From assembly GCA_946546165.1 (NCBI GenBank), contig CAMNNX010000001.1, positions 25,716 to 89,715 on the forward strand: a DNA stretch of 64,000 bases. The letters run 5' to 3'. Shown here piece by piece: positions 51,172 through 59,620 of the stretch. Origin of the DNA: an uncultured Prevotella sp. (GTDB lineage: Bacteria; Bacteroidota; Bacteroidia; Bacteroidales; Bacteroidaceae). The first letter of the stretch is position 1; the number at the start of each line of letters is the position of its first letter. Position numbers and translations under genes: made by a program. Under the pieces are notes generated by a model. The model saw nothing but the letters and a program-made list of their open reading frames with translations, had not been told where the DNA came from and did not search any database.

Positions 51172-52395
51172 ATGAATATTCGTTATAGTTTCATTATCTG
51201 TTTTGCTTCTTTTGTACTATGTGTCAATGCCCAAAAGTCAGAATCAGACTATAGACGTAGTTCTATTTATTCAATATTGGTCAATCATACCGACCAAAAG
51301 TTTGCTAGCGAAATTAAAGAAGCATTCCTTCAGATTCCTGTACCTGACAAGTTTAATGATCATAATCTGAGCGTGAAAGTTTTAACGATGGACAAGAAAT
51401 TGTCTGGTGCTGGGAGCCAGAAGGAAAATCCGGCTATTACGGAGTTCCTACAAAACAATCAGGTCGCAAGTCGACTTGTTGGACGTTGGTTTAATCGCGA
51501 TTATTTCACAGGTCAGTGTGATATGGAATTGGTAAAGGAGCGTGGTCTCTATAATGCAACTGAATTTGATAAACAACTTGCAACGCGTTCTGCCCGAGGT
51601 GTCGCAATGCTTCAAGATGCTGGTGAAGATTTGATCGGAAATACGTTTGTTCTAGTAAATGATATTCGTTATGTTGACAAAAACAAGGGTGCAAAAACAG
51701 GAGCCGCAATTCTGAAAATATTTGGTAGCGTTGCCGCAATAGCAACAGGCACCAATATCGATGACTTAACAGACAACCTGGGTAACATGGTTGAGACCAT
51801 TAAAGGATTTAAAGTCAAGATAAATACCTTTCTTTATAAACTCGAATGGACAGATGAACAGGCAGCATTATTCTATCAAGAGCAATATGCTGTAAAACCA
51901 GATGCTACCAAACGTGCAAACTTTGAGGCTGCTCGTGGGACTTACAAGCTTAAATATGTAGGAAAGGTAGAAAGTAGTGGCGGAACCACCTCCTTTTTGG
52001 GTATTAAAGAAGACCAGCCTGTTGTCATGGTGCGAAAAGCCTGCCAACGTGCCATAGACGAAAATGTGGTTGACTTACAACGGAACTACGAAGAATTTAG
52101 GACGAAATCGCCTCTTCTGTCTGTAGAGCCTCTTACTGCGTATGTAGGAAAGAAGGAAGGAGTTAACGAAAAAAGTCGGTTTGAAGTGCTCGAGGTCGTT
52201 GAGATGGAAAATGGTAGCCATAAATACAATCGTGTTGGTGTGATAGAGCCAATAGAGAATCTTATATGGGACAATAGGTATATGGCTGTTGAAGAAGGCG
52301 CACCAGGTGCAACCCTCGGGTTTACTACGTTCCGTAAAGTCAGTGGAAAAGATTTTGCCAAAGGAATGCTGATACGAGAATTATCCACAAAATAA
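51172..52395 (+). CDS. Hypothetical exported protein (C-terminus resembles FlgT/CsgG-associated beta domain)
   Basis: Signal peptide ending VNA-Q; AYVGKKEGV...RFEVLE...RVGVI...GMLIRE pattern. Confidence 0.75.
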   Translation: MNIRYSFIICFASFVLCVNAQKSESDYRRSSIYSILVNHTDQKFASEIKEAFLQIPVPDKFNDHNLSVKVLTMDKKLSGAGSQKENPAITEFLQNNQVASRLVGRWFNRDYFTGQCDMELVKERGLYNATEFDKQLATRSARGVAMLQDAGEDLIGNTFVLVNDIRYVDKNKGAKTGAAILKIFGSVAAIATGTNIDDLTDNLGNMVETIKGFKVKINTFLYKLEWTDEQAALFYQEQYAVKPDATKRANFEAARGTYKLKYVGKVESSGGTTSFLGIKEDQPVVMVRKACQRAIDENVVDLQRNYEEFRTKSPLLSVEPLTAYVGKKEGVNEKSRFEVLEVVEMENGSHKYNRVGVIEPIENLIWDNRYMAVEEGAPGATLGFTTFRKVSGKDFAKGMLIRELSTK

Positions 52396-52412
52396 CAATT
52401 CAAAAAAGGACT

Positions 52413-52883
52413 ATGAAAAAAATTATTAGTATGACTTTTCTGCTCCTTGCATTTTTCATGGGAGCAATGGCCAAGAGTGGCGACAAAATGCCTAAGTATG
52501 ACATCACTGGTGCGGGCTCAGGCACAGAGGGTACCATTCTGGTAAAGGTATATGTATATGCCAAAAGTGTAAAAGACGAAGAGTTGAAACGTGCTGCAGT
52601 CCACGGCGTTGTGTTCCGCGGATGTACTGGAAATCAGAGTGGAGCGAGGCAACCAGCAATGGCTCCAATTACGGCTGAAACAGACAACGCAACTTTCTGT
52701 GAGGCTTTTTTTGCAGCAGATGGACCTTGTCAAAATTTTGCTTCAATTATTGCAGGATCATACGACAGAGTGAAAACTCAGAAAGGCTATAAATCAGGGG
52801 CTATAGTACAAGTAGACAAAGCCTCGCTTCGCAAGGAATTGGAGAAGGCAGGTGTCGTTAGGACACTCTCCTCAGGTTTTTAA
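52413..52883 (+). CDS. Hypothetical exported protein (LPP20-like), paralog of 53486-53953
   Basis: Signal peptide; KRAAVHGVVFRG, FFAADG, VQVDKASLRKELEKAGVV. Confidence 0.78.
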   Translation: MKKIISMTFLLLAFFMGAMAKSGDKMPKYDITGAGSGTEGTILVKVYVYAKSVKDEELKRAAVHGVVFRGCTGNQSGARQPAMAPITAETDNATFCEAFFAADGPCQNFASIIAGSYDRVKTQKGYKSGAIVQVDKASLRKELEKAGVVRTLSSGF

Positions 52884-52897
52884 AAGGGTTATTGCTA

Positions 52898-53473
52898 ATG
52901 ATGAAGAAGTTATTATTATCTTTTTTGTTTTTATTTTTGGCCGCAATAGTCAATGCGCAATATCGCGATGTAAGGTTACCCAGTGTGCCTAAACAGCACA
53001 GTTATATAGACTATGACATGGTTGACCGCGGTTTCTGGTATGCAGTTGATTTAGAAGGCGCTAGTAGCGTTATGTCTCAAAGTCCTAATATGCAGTATGC
53101 CAATTTGTCATTTACAGGTGGCTTCCGCTTTAGTGAGTTTTTACGCCTCGGCGCAGGTGTTGGTGTTCGTTACTATGTTAATAATGCAGATGTTAGGGAC
53201 ACAAGTGACAAATTTGGTATACCTATCTTTGCTAATGTACGCGGCAACCTTCTTCCTGCCTACGAAAGAGAGGGAGTTCCATTCTGGTCACTAAATATAG
53301 GAGGAATCACGAATGAGGGATTTTTTGCGAGTCCAACAATTGGCTATAGTTTTGGAGGGCTTCGCAACAACTTCCAGCTTGGAATCTGTTATACAATAAC
53401 CAGTTTTAGGAATTGCAACAAAAACGATATTGCATACAGCTATTTTGGATTGAAACTAGGTTACGAATTTTAA
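52898..53473 (+). CDS. Small outer-membrane beta-barrel protein
   Basis: Signal peptide; GGFRFSEFLRLGAGVG, IPIFANVRG, PTIGYSF; C-terminal LKLGYEF BAM motif. Confidence 0.8.
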   Translation: MMKKLLLSFLFLFLAAIVNAQYRDVRLPSVPKQHSYIDYDMVDRGFWYAVDLEGASSVMSQSPNMQYANLSFTGGFRFSEFLRLGAGVGVRYYVNNADVRDTSDKFGIPIFANVRGNLLPAYEREGVPFWSLNIGGITNEGFFASPTIGYSFGGLRNNFQLGICYTITSFRNCNKNDIAYSYFGLKLGYEF

Positions 53474-53485
53474 ACAGCATCAATT

Positions 53486-53953
53486 ATGATAAAATTATTA
53501 TTAACTATTCTTATTTCATTTTCAATAATATGCGTGGGGGCTCAGACTCAGCCTGTTTACAGTCGCAGTTCTATCAGGTGTATGGGAGTGGAACTCGATG
53601 GGTCGCAGACACTACGTGTTCAAGGATATGGCCGTAATAGAGCAGATGCAAAAGAACAAGCAATGAAAAATGCTGTCTGGGCTGTTATCTTTGATGGTAT
53701 CCGTGATGGCGTAGAAGGTTGTAATATGCGTCCTTTAGTAACGGAGGTGAATGCCAAAGAGCGATATGAAGACTATTTTAATTTGTTCTTTGCGGATAAA
53801 GGGGCATATTTGGAGTATGTTTCACTACGTGATACAAAGCGACGTTCTGGTGGTAGATCGAAAGATAAGTTGGGTTATTCATATGACTTGACAATTCGGG
53901 TGCTTCGACCGCAATTGAAAGCCCGTTTAAAAGCCGATAATGTAATTGACTAA
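53486..53953 (+). CDS. Hypothetical exported protein (LPP20-like)
   Basis: Signal peptide; GYGRNRADAKEQAMKNAVWAVIFDG, FFADKG, IRVLRPQLKARLKADNVI. Confidence 0.78.
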   Translation: MIKLLLTILISFSIICVGAQTQPVYSRSSIRCMGVELDGSQTLRVQGYGRNRADAKEQAMKNAVWAVIFDGIRDGVEGCNMRPLVTEVNAKERYEDYFNLFFADKGAYLEYVSLRDTKRRSGGRSKDKLGYSYDLTIRVLRPQLKARLKADNVID

Positions 53954-53964
53954 AAATTGTGAGT

Positions 53965-54918
53965 ATGAAATTAAAGATATTTTTTTTAATAGTGATGCTG
54001 ACGCTTTGTATATTGTCAGCAATGGGACAAGCCAAAAAACCGACCCTAATGGTTGTTCCAAGTGATGCTTGGTGCAAAGAGCATGGCTACGAGCAAACAT
54101 TTGACAACCAAGGAACACCTGAGCGGATACCTGATTATAAAGCCGCCGTATCTTCTAACAAGCAACTTAATGCTGTCATCTCAAAAATAAATCTGTTGAT
54201 GGCTGACAGAGGTTTCCCTTTGAAGGATTTGCAGCAGAATGTAAAGAGTATTTCAAACCTCTCGGCAGAAGACCGCCTTATAACTAGCAAGAAAAGCGGT
54301 GCCAACATTACGGAAAGTCCACTTGACCGTCTGCGTCGCACTGCTAAGGCGGATATCATCCTGGAAATTGATTGGACGGTGAATACAATTGGCCCTAAGA
54401 GCAGTATTACCTACAACTTACGCGCTCTCGATGCCTATTCAAACAAACAGGTGGCTGGTGCAGAGGGAACAGGCAAGGGATCTTTTTCTGCAGAACTGCC
54501 AGTATTATTAGAGGAAGCCGTGCAAGACCATATGGACTCTTTTGTGGAGCGCCTTCAAGCACATTTTGATGACTTGCTGACAAATGGCAGGGAAGTGGTT
54601 CTTGATATGCGCATATTTGACACTAGTGCTGTGGACTTCGAAAAAGAGTATGGCGATTATGAACTGAACGAGATTATCGACAACTGGTTAGCTGACAATT
54701 GTGTGAACCACCGATTCAGCAAGTCGGATGCAACTGACACTATGATTCTCTACGAGCAGGTACGTATTCCACTTTATAAGGCCAATGGTATGGCTCAAGA
54801 TACTTATGGCTTTGCTCGTGAACTGGCACGTTTTCTAAGTGCTACTCCCTATAATATCCCAGTCAAAACTGTCAATCGCGGTCTGGGCAGATGCCTTTTA
54901 ATATTAGGTGAAAAATAA
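53965..54918 (+). CDS. DUF6175-like exported protein
   Basis: Signal peptide then QAKKPTLMVVPSD, RGFPLKDL, AKADII, DAYSNKQVA; family recalled from motif, not searched. Confidence 0.7.
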   Translation: MKLKIFFLIVMLTLCILSAMGQAKKPTLMVVPSDAWCKEHGYEQTFDNQGTPERIPDYKAAVSSNKQLNAVISKINLLMADRGFPLKDLQQNVKSISNLSAEDRLITSKKSGANITESPLDRLRRTAKADIILEIDWTVNTIGPKSSITYNLRALDAYSNKQVAGAEGTGKGSFSAELPVLLEEAVQDHMDSFVERLQAHFDDLLTNGREVVLDMRIFDTSAVDFEKEYGDYELNEIIDNWLADNCVNHRFSKSDATDTMILYEQVRIPLYKANGMAQDTYGFARELARFLSATPYNIPVKTVNRGLGRCLLILGEK

Positions 54919-54930
54919 TCAGAATCAGAC

Positions 54931-55863
54931 ATGAATATGAAGAATATTATTTTAGGTCTTGCCCTGATGGCGGCAGTAAATACCTATTCACAGGAATGTT
55001 TGTTGCCAATGACGATACAATTCGATAATGACTTTGTTAATGTTCCCTATGCTGCTCGCTCTGTACTTTATCAGTCGCTTAACCGTGTGGCGACAGAAAA
55101 TGGACTGATAAGTGACTCTCCATTAACACCTTTCGTATTAACTGCTCATTGTGATGTTATTGATAAGAGCAATTTACCTGGGCCCCCTATACAAACTGTC
55201 TATAATCTTGGCATTACTTTTTATATGGCCGATTTATATACAAAGAAAAAGTTTGCTACAGCCTATATAACGCTTGAAGGTGTGGGCAACGGAGAGGTGA
55301 AAAGTTATATCAATGCTTTTGGGCGAATTAACTCTAAAAATATAGAAATAAAAAGTCTGATAAATGAAGGAAAGGCTAAGATGATGTATTACTATGATAC
55401 TCAGTATCCTAATATCATCAAGGAAGCCAAACGGTTGGAAGCGACGCAAAACTTCGAAGAAGCGCTTATGCAGGTGTTTTCTATCCCAGTGTGCTCTAAA
55501 GGCGGTGATGTTGCATCAAAATATGGACTAGAACTGTACACTAAGAATCTGAATCGACTTAATCTTTATTTGCTTAATCAGGCAAGAGCGCTTTGGGCAG
55601 CAGGGCAAAACCAACAAACGGCTTATGAGGTGTGTGCAATGCTTGCACAGATTGATCCAGATGCTGCTTGCTATAATGATGCTCAGAAACTTATGAGAGA
55701 AGTAAAAGGCCAAGTGCGTAGCGATATTGATTTTGAAATGCGACAGAAGTACAACGATCAGATTCGTCTTGAAAGTGACCGTATAGCAGCAGCTCGTGCC
55801 ATAGGAGTTGCATATGGTAAGGGTCAGAAACCCACAACAACAAACCTAATGTGGTTACGATAG
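54931..55863 (+). CDS. Hypothetical exported protein with helical (TPR-like) C-terminal half
   Basis: Signal peptide; FEEALMQVFSIP, AMLAQIDPDAACY, AARAIGVAYG. Confidence 0.78.
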   Translation: MNMKNIILGLALMAAVNTYSQECLLPMTIQFDNDFVNVPYAARSVLYQSLNRVATENGLISDSPLTPFVLTAHCDVIDKSNLPGPPIQTVYNLGITFYMADLYTKKKFATAYITLEGVGNGEVKSYINAFGRINSKNIEIKSLINEGKAKMMYYYDTQYPNIIKEAKRLEATQNFEEALMQVFSIPVCSKGGDVASKYGLELYTKNLNRLNLYLLNQARALWAAGQNQQTAYEVCAMLAQIDPDAACYNDAQKLMREVKGQVRSDIDFEMRQKYNDQIRLESDRIAAARAIGVAYGKGQKPTTTNLMWLR

Positions 55864-55892
55864 TTATTCATTATTTATTTAAAAAAATTATT

Positions 55893-56501
55893 ATGAAAAA
55901 AAGTTTGGTGATTGCCGTTATGGCATTGGTAAGTTTGACTGTTTCTGCTCAGGAAGAAGGAACTATGAGATTTGGCATTACCGGTGGGGGAAATTTGAGC
56001 TCTGCGAACCTTAAAAGTTCTCATTCCTCATTGTTTGGATTTTATGCGGGTCTAATTGGTGAATACAATCTTTATGAATTTTTGTATGTGAACGCTACTG
56101 TTAAGTATTCTGTGAGAGGTGTAAAGGATGTGGATTATTATCCTTTCAAATTAGAGTGGAATCCTGGCTACATTGAAATGCCTATTCACATAGGATACAG
56201 GTATGCTTTTTCTGATAAGTTAAAGGGATTTGTAGATGCTGGTCCCTATTTTGCATATGCAGTATCTGGCGACCTTGAAGCAAATGATGGATCTAGTTTA
56301 GGGCTTTATACAGATAACGCAGCAAGAATATTGGGAGGGAAATACAAACGATTTGAATTTGGCCTTGGTGGTGTTTTGGGTATTGAATACTCTGGCGTAC
56401 AACTTAAAGTGGGTTATGACTCTGCATTTACTAAAATAGCCGATGTGAGTGATTCTGCCAAAAATTCGAATTTCTATTTTGGCCTTGCGTATATGTTCTA
56501 A
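55893..56501 (+). CDS. Outer-membrane beta-barrel (porin/PorT-like) protein
   Basis: Signal peptide MKKSLVIAVMALVSLTVSA; FGITGGGN, YIEMPIHIGY, AGPYFAY; C-terminal GLAYMF. Confidence 0.85.
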   Translation: MKKSLVIAVMALVSLTVSAQEEGTMRFGITGGGNLSSANLKSSHSSLFGFYAGLIGEYNLYEFLYVNATVKYSVRGVKDVDYYPFKLEWNPGYIEMPIHIGYRYAFSDKLKGFVDAGPYFAYAVSGDLEANDGSSLGLYTDNAARILGGKYKRFEFGLGGVLGIEYSGVQLKVGYDSAFTKIADVSDSAKNSNFYFGLAYMF

Positions 56502-56804
56502 CTTGATGAGGTTTGAAATGAGTTATTAAACCTGTTGTGAGAATCAAAAATTATTTGGATTAAAAAATAGCATATATCATTGGTGATAGTGCTTTTGCGG
56601 TGTTCAATTCGTTAAGTATTATCATCAGTGATATATGCAAATTGGTTACAAGGTTCAGGAATTCTTTACGGAACATAATTATAAAACGTAAGCATCCTTA
56701 GAAGTACACGTTGTAACAGTTGTAGATTTGTTGTACCTTTGCAGTCGCAATGTTGTGCACGACTACAACTGCTATTGTATTATGACCAAAGAAGAGTTGC
56801 TGCA

Positions 56805-56842
56805 AGAAATGGCAGCCTGCATGATGGCAGGCTGCCATTTCT
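56805..56842. terminator. 16-bp perfect hairpin, probable terminator between convergent units
   Basis: AGAAATGGCAGCCTGC-atgatg-GCAGGCTGCCATTTCT. Confidence 0.65.
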
Positions 56843-56888
56843 CTTGTGTCAGATGCCGGCATACTCCTCGCCGGCGGTGCTGTTCGCC

Positions 56889-57302
56889 TCAAATGTCGGC
56901 ATACTCCGTGCTGGCATCGAAGCAGGGACAGTCCTTGCTGACGTTGGGCAGGTCGCGGTGGCCGATGATCTTCGCCTGGGGATAGTCCATCTTCAGCCCG
57001 ATGAGCAGCGTGCGCAGCGCCAGTTTCTGTTCCGGGGTGCGGGTGTCGGCATTGCGGCCGGAGGGGTCCTTGCCGCCCTCGTAGCAGATGCCGATGCTGT
57101 GCTTGTTGTAGTGGCGGGCATGGGCGCCGGGCACCTCCTCGGGCCGTCCGAAGTGCAACTGTCCGTCGCGGGTGATGTAGTAGTGGTAGCCGCAGCCGTT
57201 CCAGCCCCGTGCGCGGTGGCAGGCATCGAGGTCGTCGAAGGTGAACGAGCGGTTGCTCCTGGTGGCGGAGCAGTGGATGATGATAAGGTCGATTCGTCGC
57301 AT
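56889..57302 (-). CDS. N-acetylmuramoyl-L-alanine amidase (Amidase_2, T7 lysozyme-like)
   Basis: MRRIDLIIIHCSAT, GYHYYI, GAHA, SIGICYEGG, GHRD, KDCPCFD. Confidence 0.93.
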   Translation of the reverse strand: MRRIDLIIIHCSATRSNRSFTFDDLDACHRARGWNGCGYHYYITRDGQLHFGRPEEVPGAHARHYNKHSIGICYEGGKDPSGRNADTRTPEQKLALRTLLIGLKMDYPQAKIIGHRDLPNVSKDCPCFDASTEYADI

Positions 57303-57313
57303 ATTACATGAGA

Positions 57314-57418
57314 TTACATGAGGGAGCAACTCTGCACGGCCAGGGTGCCGGCGATGGTGGTGAGCACTGTGCCGATGAACTTGATGATCTTGACGATGAG
57401 TTTCCAGTTGAGTTTCAT
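57314..57418 (-). CDS. Smalltalk-family small membrane protein (34 aa)
   Basis: Hand translation MKLNWKLIVKIIKFIGTVLTTIAGTLAVQSCSLM*; position between HU-like and amidase genes is typical; below the ORF-track cutoff. Confidence 0.85.
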   Translation of the reverse strand: MKLNWKLIVKIIKFIGTVLTTIAGTLAVQSCSLM

Positions 57419-57437
57419 TAGGGTTAAGGATTAAGGG

Positions 57438-57629
57438 TTAATGGTTAAGGGTTGAGGGTTGAGGGGTGTCCTGAGTGCAGGCTGCGTTCATGGCGGTGAT
57501 GTGTTCAGACATGTGCTTGATCAGTTCGCGGTAGGTCATCGTCTGGCTGCTGACCACCTTGCCGTAGTGCTTGCCATAGGCGGCCGACTCGGCGTTGTTG
57601 TTCTTTACAATCTTTACAAATACTGGCAT
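57438..57629 (-). pseudogene. Internally deleted HU-like DNA-binding protein (Bacteroidales long HU family)
   Basis: MPVFVKIVKNNNAESAAYGKHYGKVVSSQTMTYRELIKHMSEH matches the family N-terminus, then ends after about 20 residues; TAACTTTG promoter element at 57682-57689 (-). Confidence 0.7.
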
Positions 57630-57825
57630 AGTAGAAACATTAAACATTAAACATTGAACCAACCGGTTAGGTTTTACATTGCAAAGTTACAACATTTGCC
57701 GTGGGCGTTGTCGGTCTTTGTCCGTCGGTGGCACTGATGGACCTCGATTGTCACTCATCCTACATCGATGCAGAAGGTGTCGCAGATGTAGATCACGGCC
57801 TTGGGCGGCAGCAGTTGTGTCTTTT

Positions 57826-57920
57826 TTCAAAGGGAGCGTTTGGAGGCTTCAAACTCCCCGTTTGGAGGCTTCAAAGGGAGCGTTTGGAGGCTTCAAACGG
57901 TGCGTTTGGAGGCTTCAAAC
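57826..57920. repeat. 22-bp tandem array, GTTTGGAGGCTTCAAA core x4 (reverse complement of the 11883 array core)
   Basis: Cores at 57838, 57860, 57882, 57904. Confidence 0.95.
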
Positions 57921-57978
57921 CAGTAGTCGGCGAGGTCTATCTTTTTCCATTTGTTCGCTTTGGTTCCTTGGGGGGAGT

Positions 57979-58041
57979 TGATGCCCCCTCTATGACATAT
58001 ACCCCCTGTAAGGGGGTTAATGTCTAAGAGGGAGGGCATCA
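57979..58041. repeat. Long imperfect hairpin
   Basis: TGATGCCC/GGGCATCA, CCTCT/AGAGG, GACAT/ATGTC, ACCCCCT-gta-AGGGGGT. Confidence 0.75.
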
Positions 58042-58240
58042 GAAGGGGGGTGCCTGATAGACCACTCGTCCGCGACTGTCCTGCCTCTTGACGATGGCTT
58101 TCTGTTCTATGCCTTGCTTGAAAATCGAGGCCGCCACTTGGTAACTACGCAGGTGGGTGGCAGAATATTTTGCCGTTTGCGAGAATATCGGTATGCAATC
58201 GGCCTTTGATGCGATAAAAAAGGTGGACAACAATATGCGT

Positions 58241-58289
58241 GAAAAACAAATCACCCTGTTACGCAGCGATTGGCGCGTAACAGGGTGAT
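58241..58289 (-). terminator. Rho-independent terminator for the pgk-downstream genes
   Basis: ATCACCCTGTTACGC / GCGTAACAGGGTGAT 15-bp stem followed on the minus strand by TTGTTTTTC. Confidence 0.8.
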
Positions 58290-58319
58290 GTAGAAGTGTG
58301 TGGTAGGGTAGTGACTGTC

Positions 58320-58685
58320 CTACTTCTCTTCGACGAGGGGCGTGCTTTGCATCTGCTGGTGCTTGCTGGCAGCCTTGTCGGCCTTCTTCTGGGCTTCGTC
58401 GAGGTCTTCCTTGGCATCTTCGACCTTCTGGCGGGCCTTCTCGGCTTCCTTCTGTGCCTTCTCGGCCTTCTTGACGGCAGCCTCGTACTTCTTCTGAGCC
58501 TTGGCCAGGTCTTTCTGTGTCTCGGTCACCTCTTTGGCGGCTTTGTCGCGTTTCTGCTGCTCTTTGGCGGCAGCCTTCAGTTCTTTGGCCGTCATCTGTT
58601 TGGCATCTTCCACCTTGACGGTGCTCTGTGCCTGCATGGAGGTGCATGCCATTGCCATGAGGGCCATTATCAGTAGTTTCTTCAT
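58320..58685 (-). CDS. Exported Lys/Ala/Glu-rich coiled-coil protein
   Basis: Signal peptide MKKLLIMALMAMACTSMQA; heptad-like KAEKAQKEAEKARQK. Confidence 0.8.
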   Translation of the reverse strand: MKKLLIMALMAMACTSMQAQSTVKVEDAKQMTAKELKAAAKEQQKRDKAAKEVTETQKDLAKAQKKYEAAVKKAEKAQKEAEKARQKVEDAKEDLDEAQKKADKAASKHQQMQSTPLVEEK

Positions 58686-58728
58686 AATGCTTAATCTTTT
58701 CTTTTTTAGAGAGTTAAATATTTGTCGT

Positions 58729-59601
58729 TCACATATTTATCAAGGCCGACCCTTGCTGTGTGAGGAAGGGACGGACCTGTTCGAAGGTAAGCACCACCTC
58801 GGGCAGTCCGGCGGCGTAGGGTGCAATCTCGTACGGCTGATACATGATGACGACACCATTGGCGGTCAGACTGACGTTGCCGATGGGCACGTGCTCGGGC
58901 GACACCAGGAGGTACTCGTCGAGCGATGCGTTTTCGTCACCGTCGTTGTCGGTAAAGTACTTCAGGAGTTTCTGCTGCAACATCGACTTGAACTCCGGGC
59001 TGTCCGTGTTCGTCAGTATCGAGCGGTCGATGCTGCGGCCTGTCTGCTTGTCGAAGGTGGTGCCGAAGACATAGTGCATGCCGTGGGCACCGCCCCGGTA
59101 CTCGGATGTGACGGCCAGCATGGTGACGTAGCGCGGCTGGTTGCAGACCATGGTGACGCGCGTCTCTTGCGACCATGCCAGGGCGTATTCAGGAATCTCG
59201 TCGTCCCCGAAGCCAGCCTTGAACTCGTCTATCTCGCCCCTCATCGTCTCGTACATCTGCTGTCCCACGCGTTCGAAGCCTTGCTGGGGCCTGTTGCCGC
59301 TGCAGTGCTCGCGCAGGTGGGGGAAACAGTTGTTGAGATAGTTCAGGATGGAGTCGGCCACTACGCTGCCATCACGCTTAGGGATGTCAGCCTCGGCAAT
59401 GACCGATGAGTCGGGCGAACAGTAGGACACACGGGTGAACTGCAGTTGCTGCTGCCGCTGCTCGGTGTCGCCCTTCTTGACATCGCCGACAACTGTCTCT
59501 TCCACAGCCTTTTGGCGCATCTTGTGAAAGTACTCCCTGACTCTGTCGCACGAGGCGCAGAGCAGGAGTACAGTCATTAGCGGAATGATAGCCTTCTTCA
59601 T
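58729..59601 (-). CDS. RsiV/PdaC-like (DUF3298/DUF4163) lipoprotein
   Basis: Lipobox LCASC; YRGGAHG, TFDKQTG, YQPYEIAPYAAG. Start reassigned to MKKAII. Confidence 0.88.
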   Translation of the reverse strand: MKKAIIPLMTVLLLCASCDRVREYFHKMRQKAVEETVVGDVKKGDTEQRQQQLQFTRVSYCSPDSSVIAEADIPKRDGSVVADSILNYLNNCFPHLREHCSGNRPQQGFERVGQQMYETMRGEIDEFKAGFGDDEIPEYALAWSQETRVTMVCNQPRYVTMLAVTSEYRGGAHGMHYVFGTTFDKQTGRSIDRSILTNTDSPEFKSMLQQKLLKYFTDNDGDENASLDEYLLVSPEHVPIGNVSLTANGVVIMYQPYEIAPYAAGLPEVVLTFEQVRPFLTQQGSALINM

Positions 59602-59620
59602 GGATTGGCGTGCTGATGTG

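Larger units (their letters stand above)
48720..56700. mobile_element. Low-GC genomic island (no mobility gene seen)
   Basis: Abrupt composition shift: hand count 21/60 GC on line 50701 versus 42/60 on line 47521; AT-ending codons; boundaries approximate. Confidence 0.7.

Noticed and set aside
56728-56985. 85-aa Cys-rich plus-strand ORF (…MTKEELLQEMAAC…)
   Set aside because: It runs through a 16-bp hairpin and antisense into the amidase. At most a short gene remnant behind a TACCTTTG element; not supportable as a CDS.
57421-57465. Telomere-like GGGTTAA/GGGTTGA heptamer run
   Set aside because: A short degenerate intergenic SSR like the others in the window; nothing supports a telomere-like role.
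56889-57629. Prophage
   Set aside because: The amidase and small membrane protein are phage-like, but no structural, terminase or integrase genes are present.
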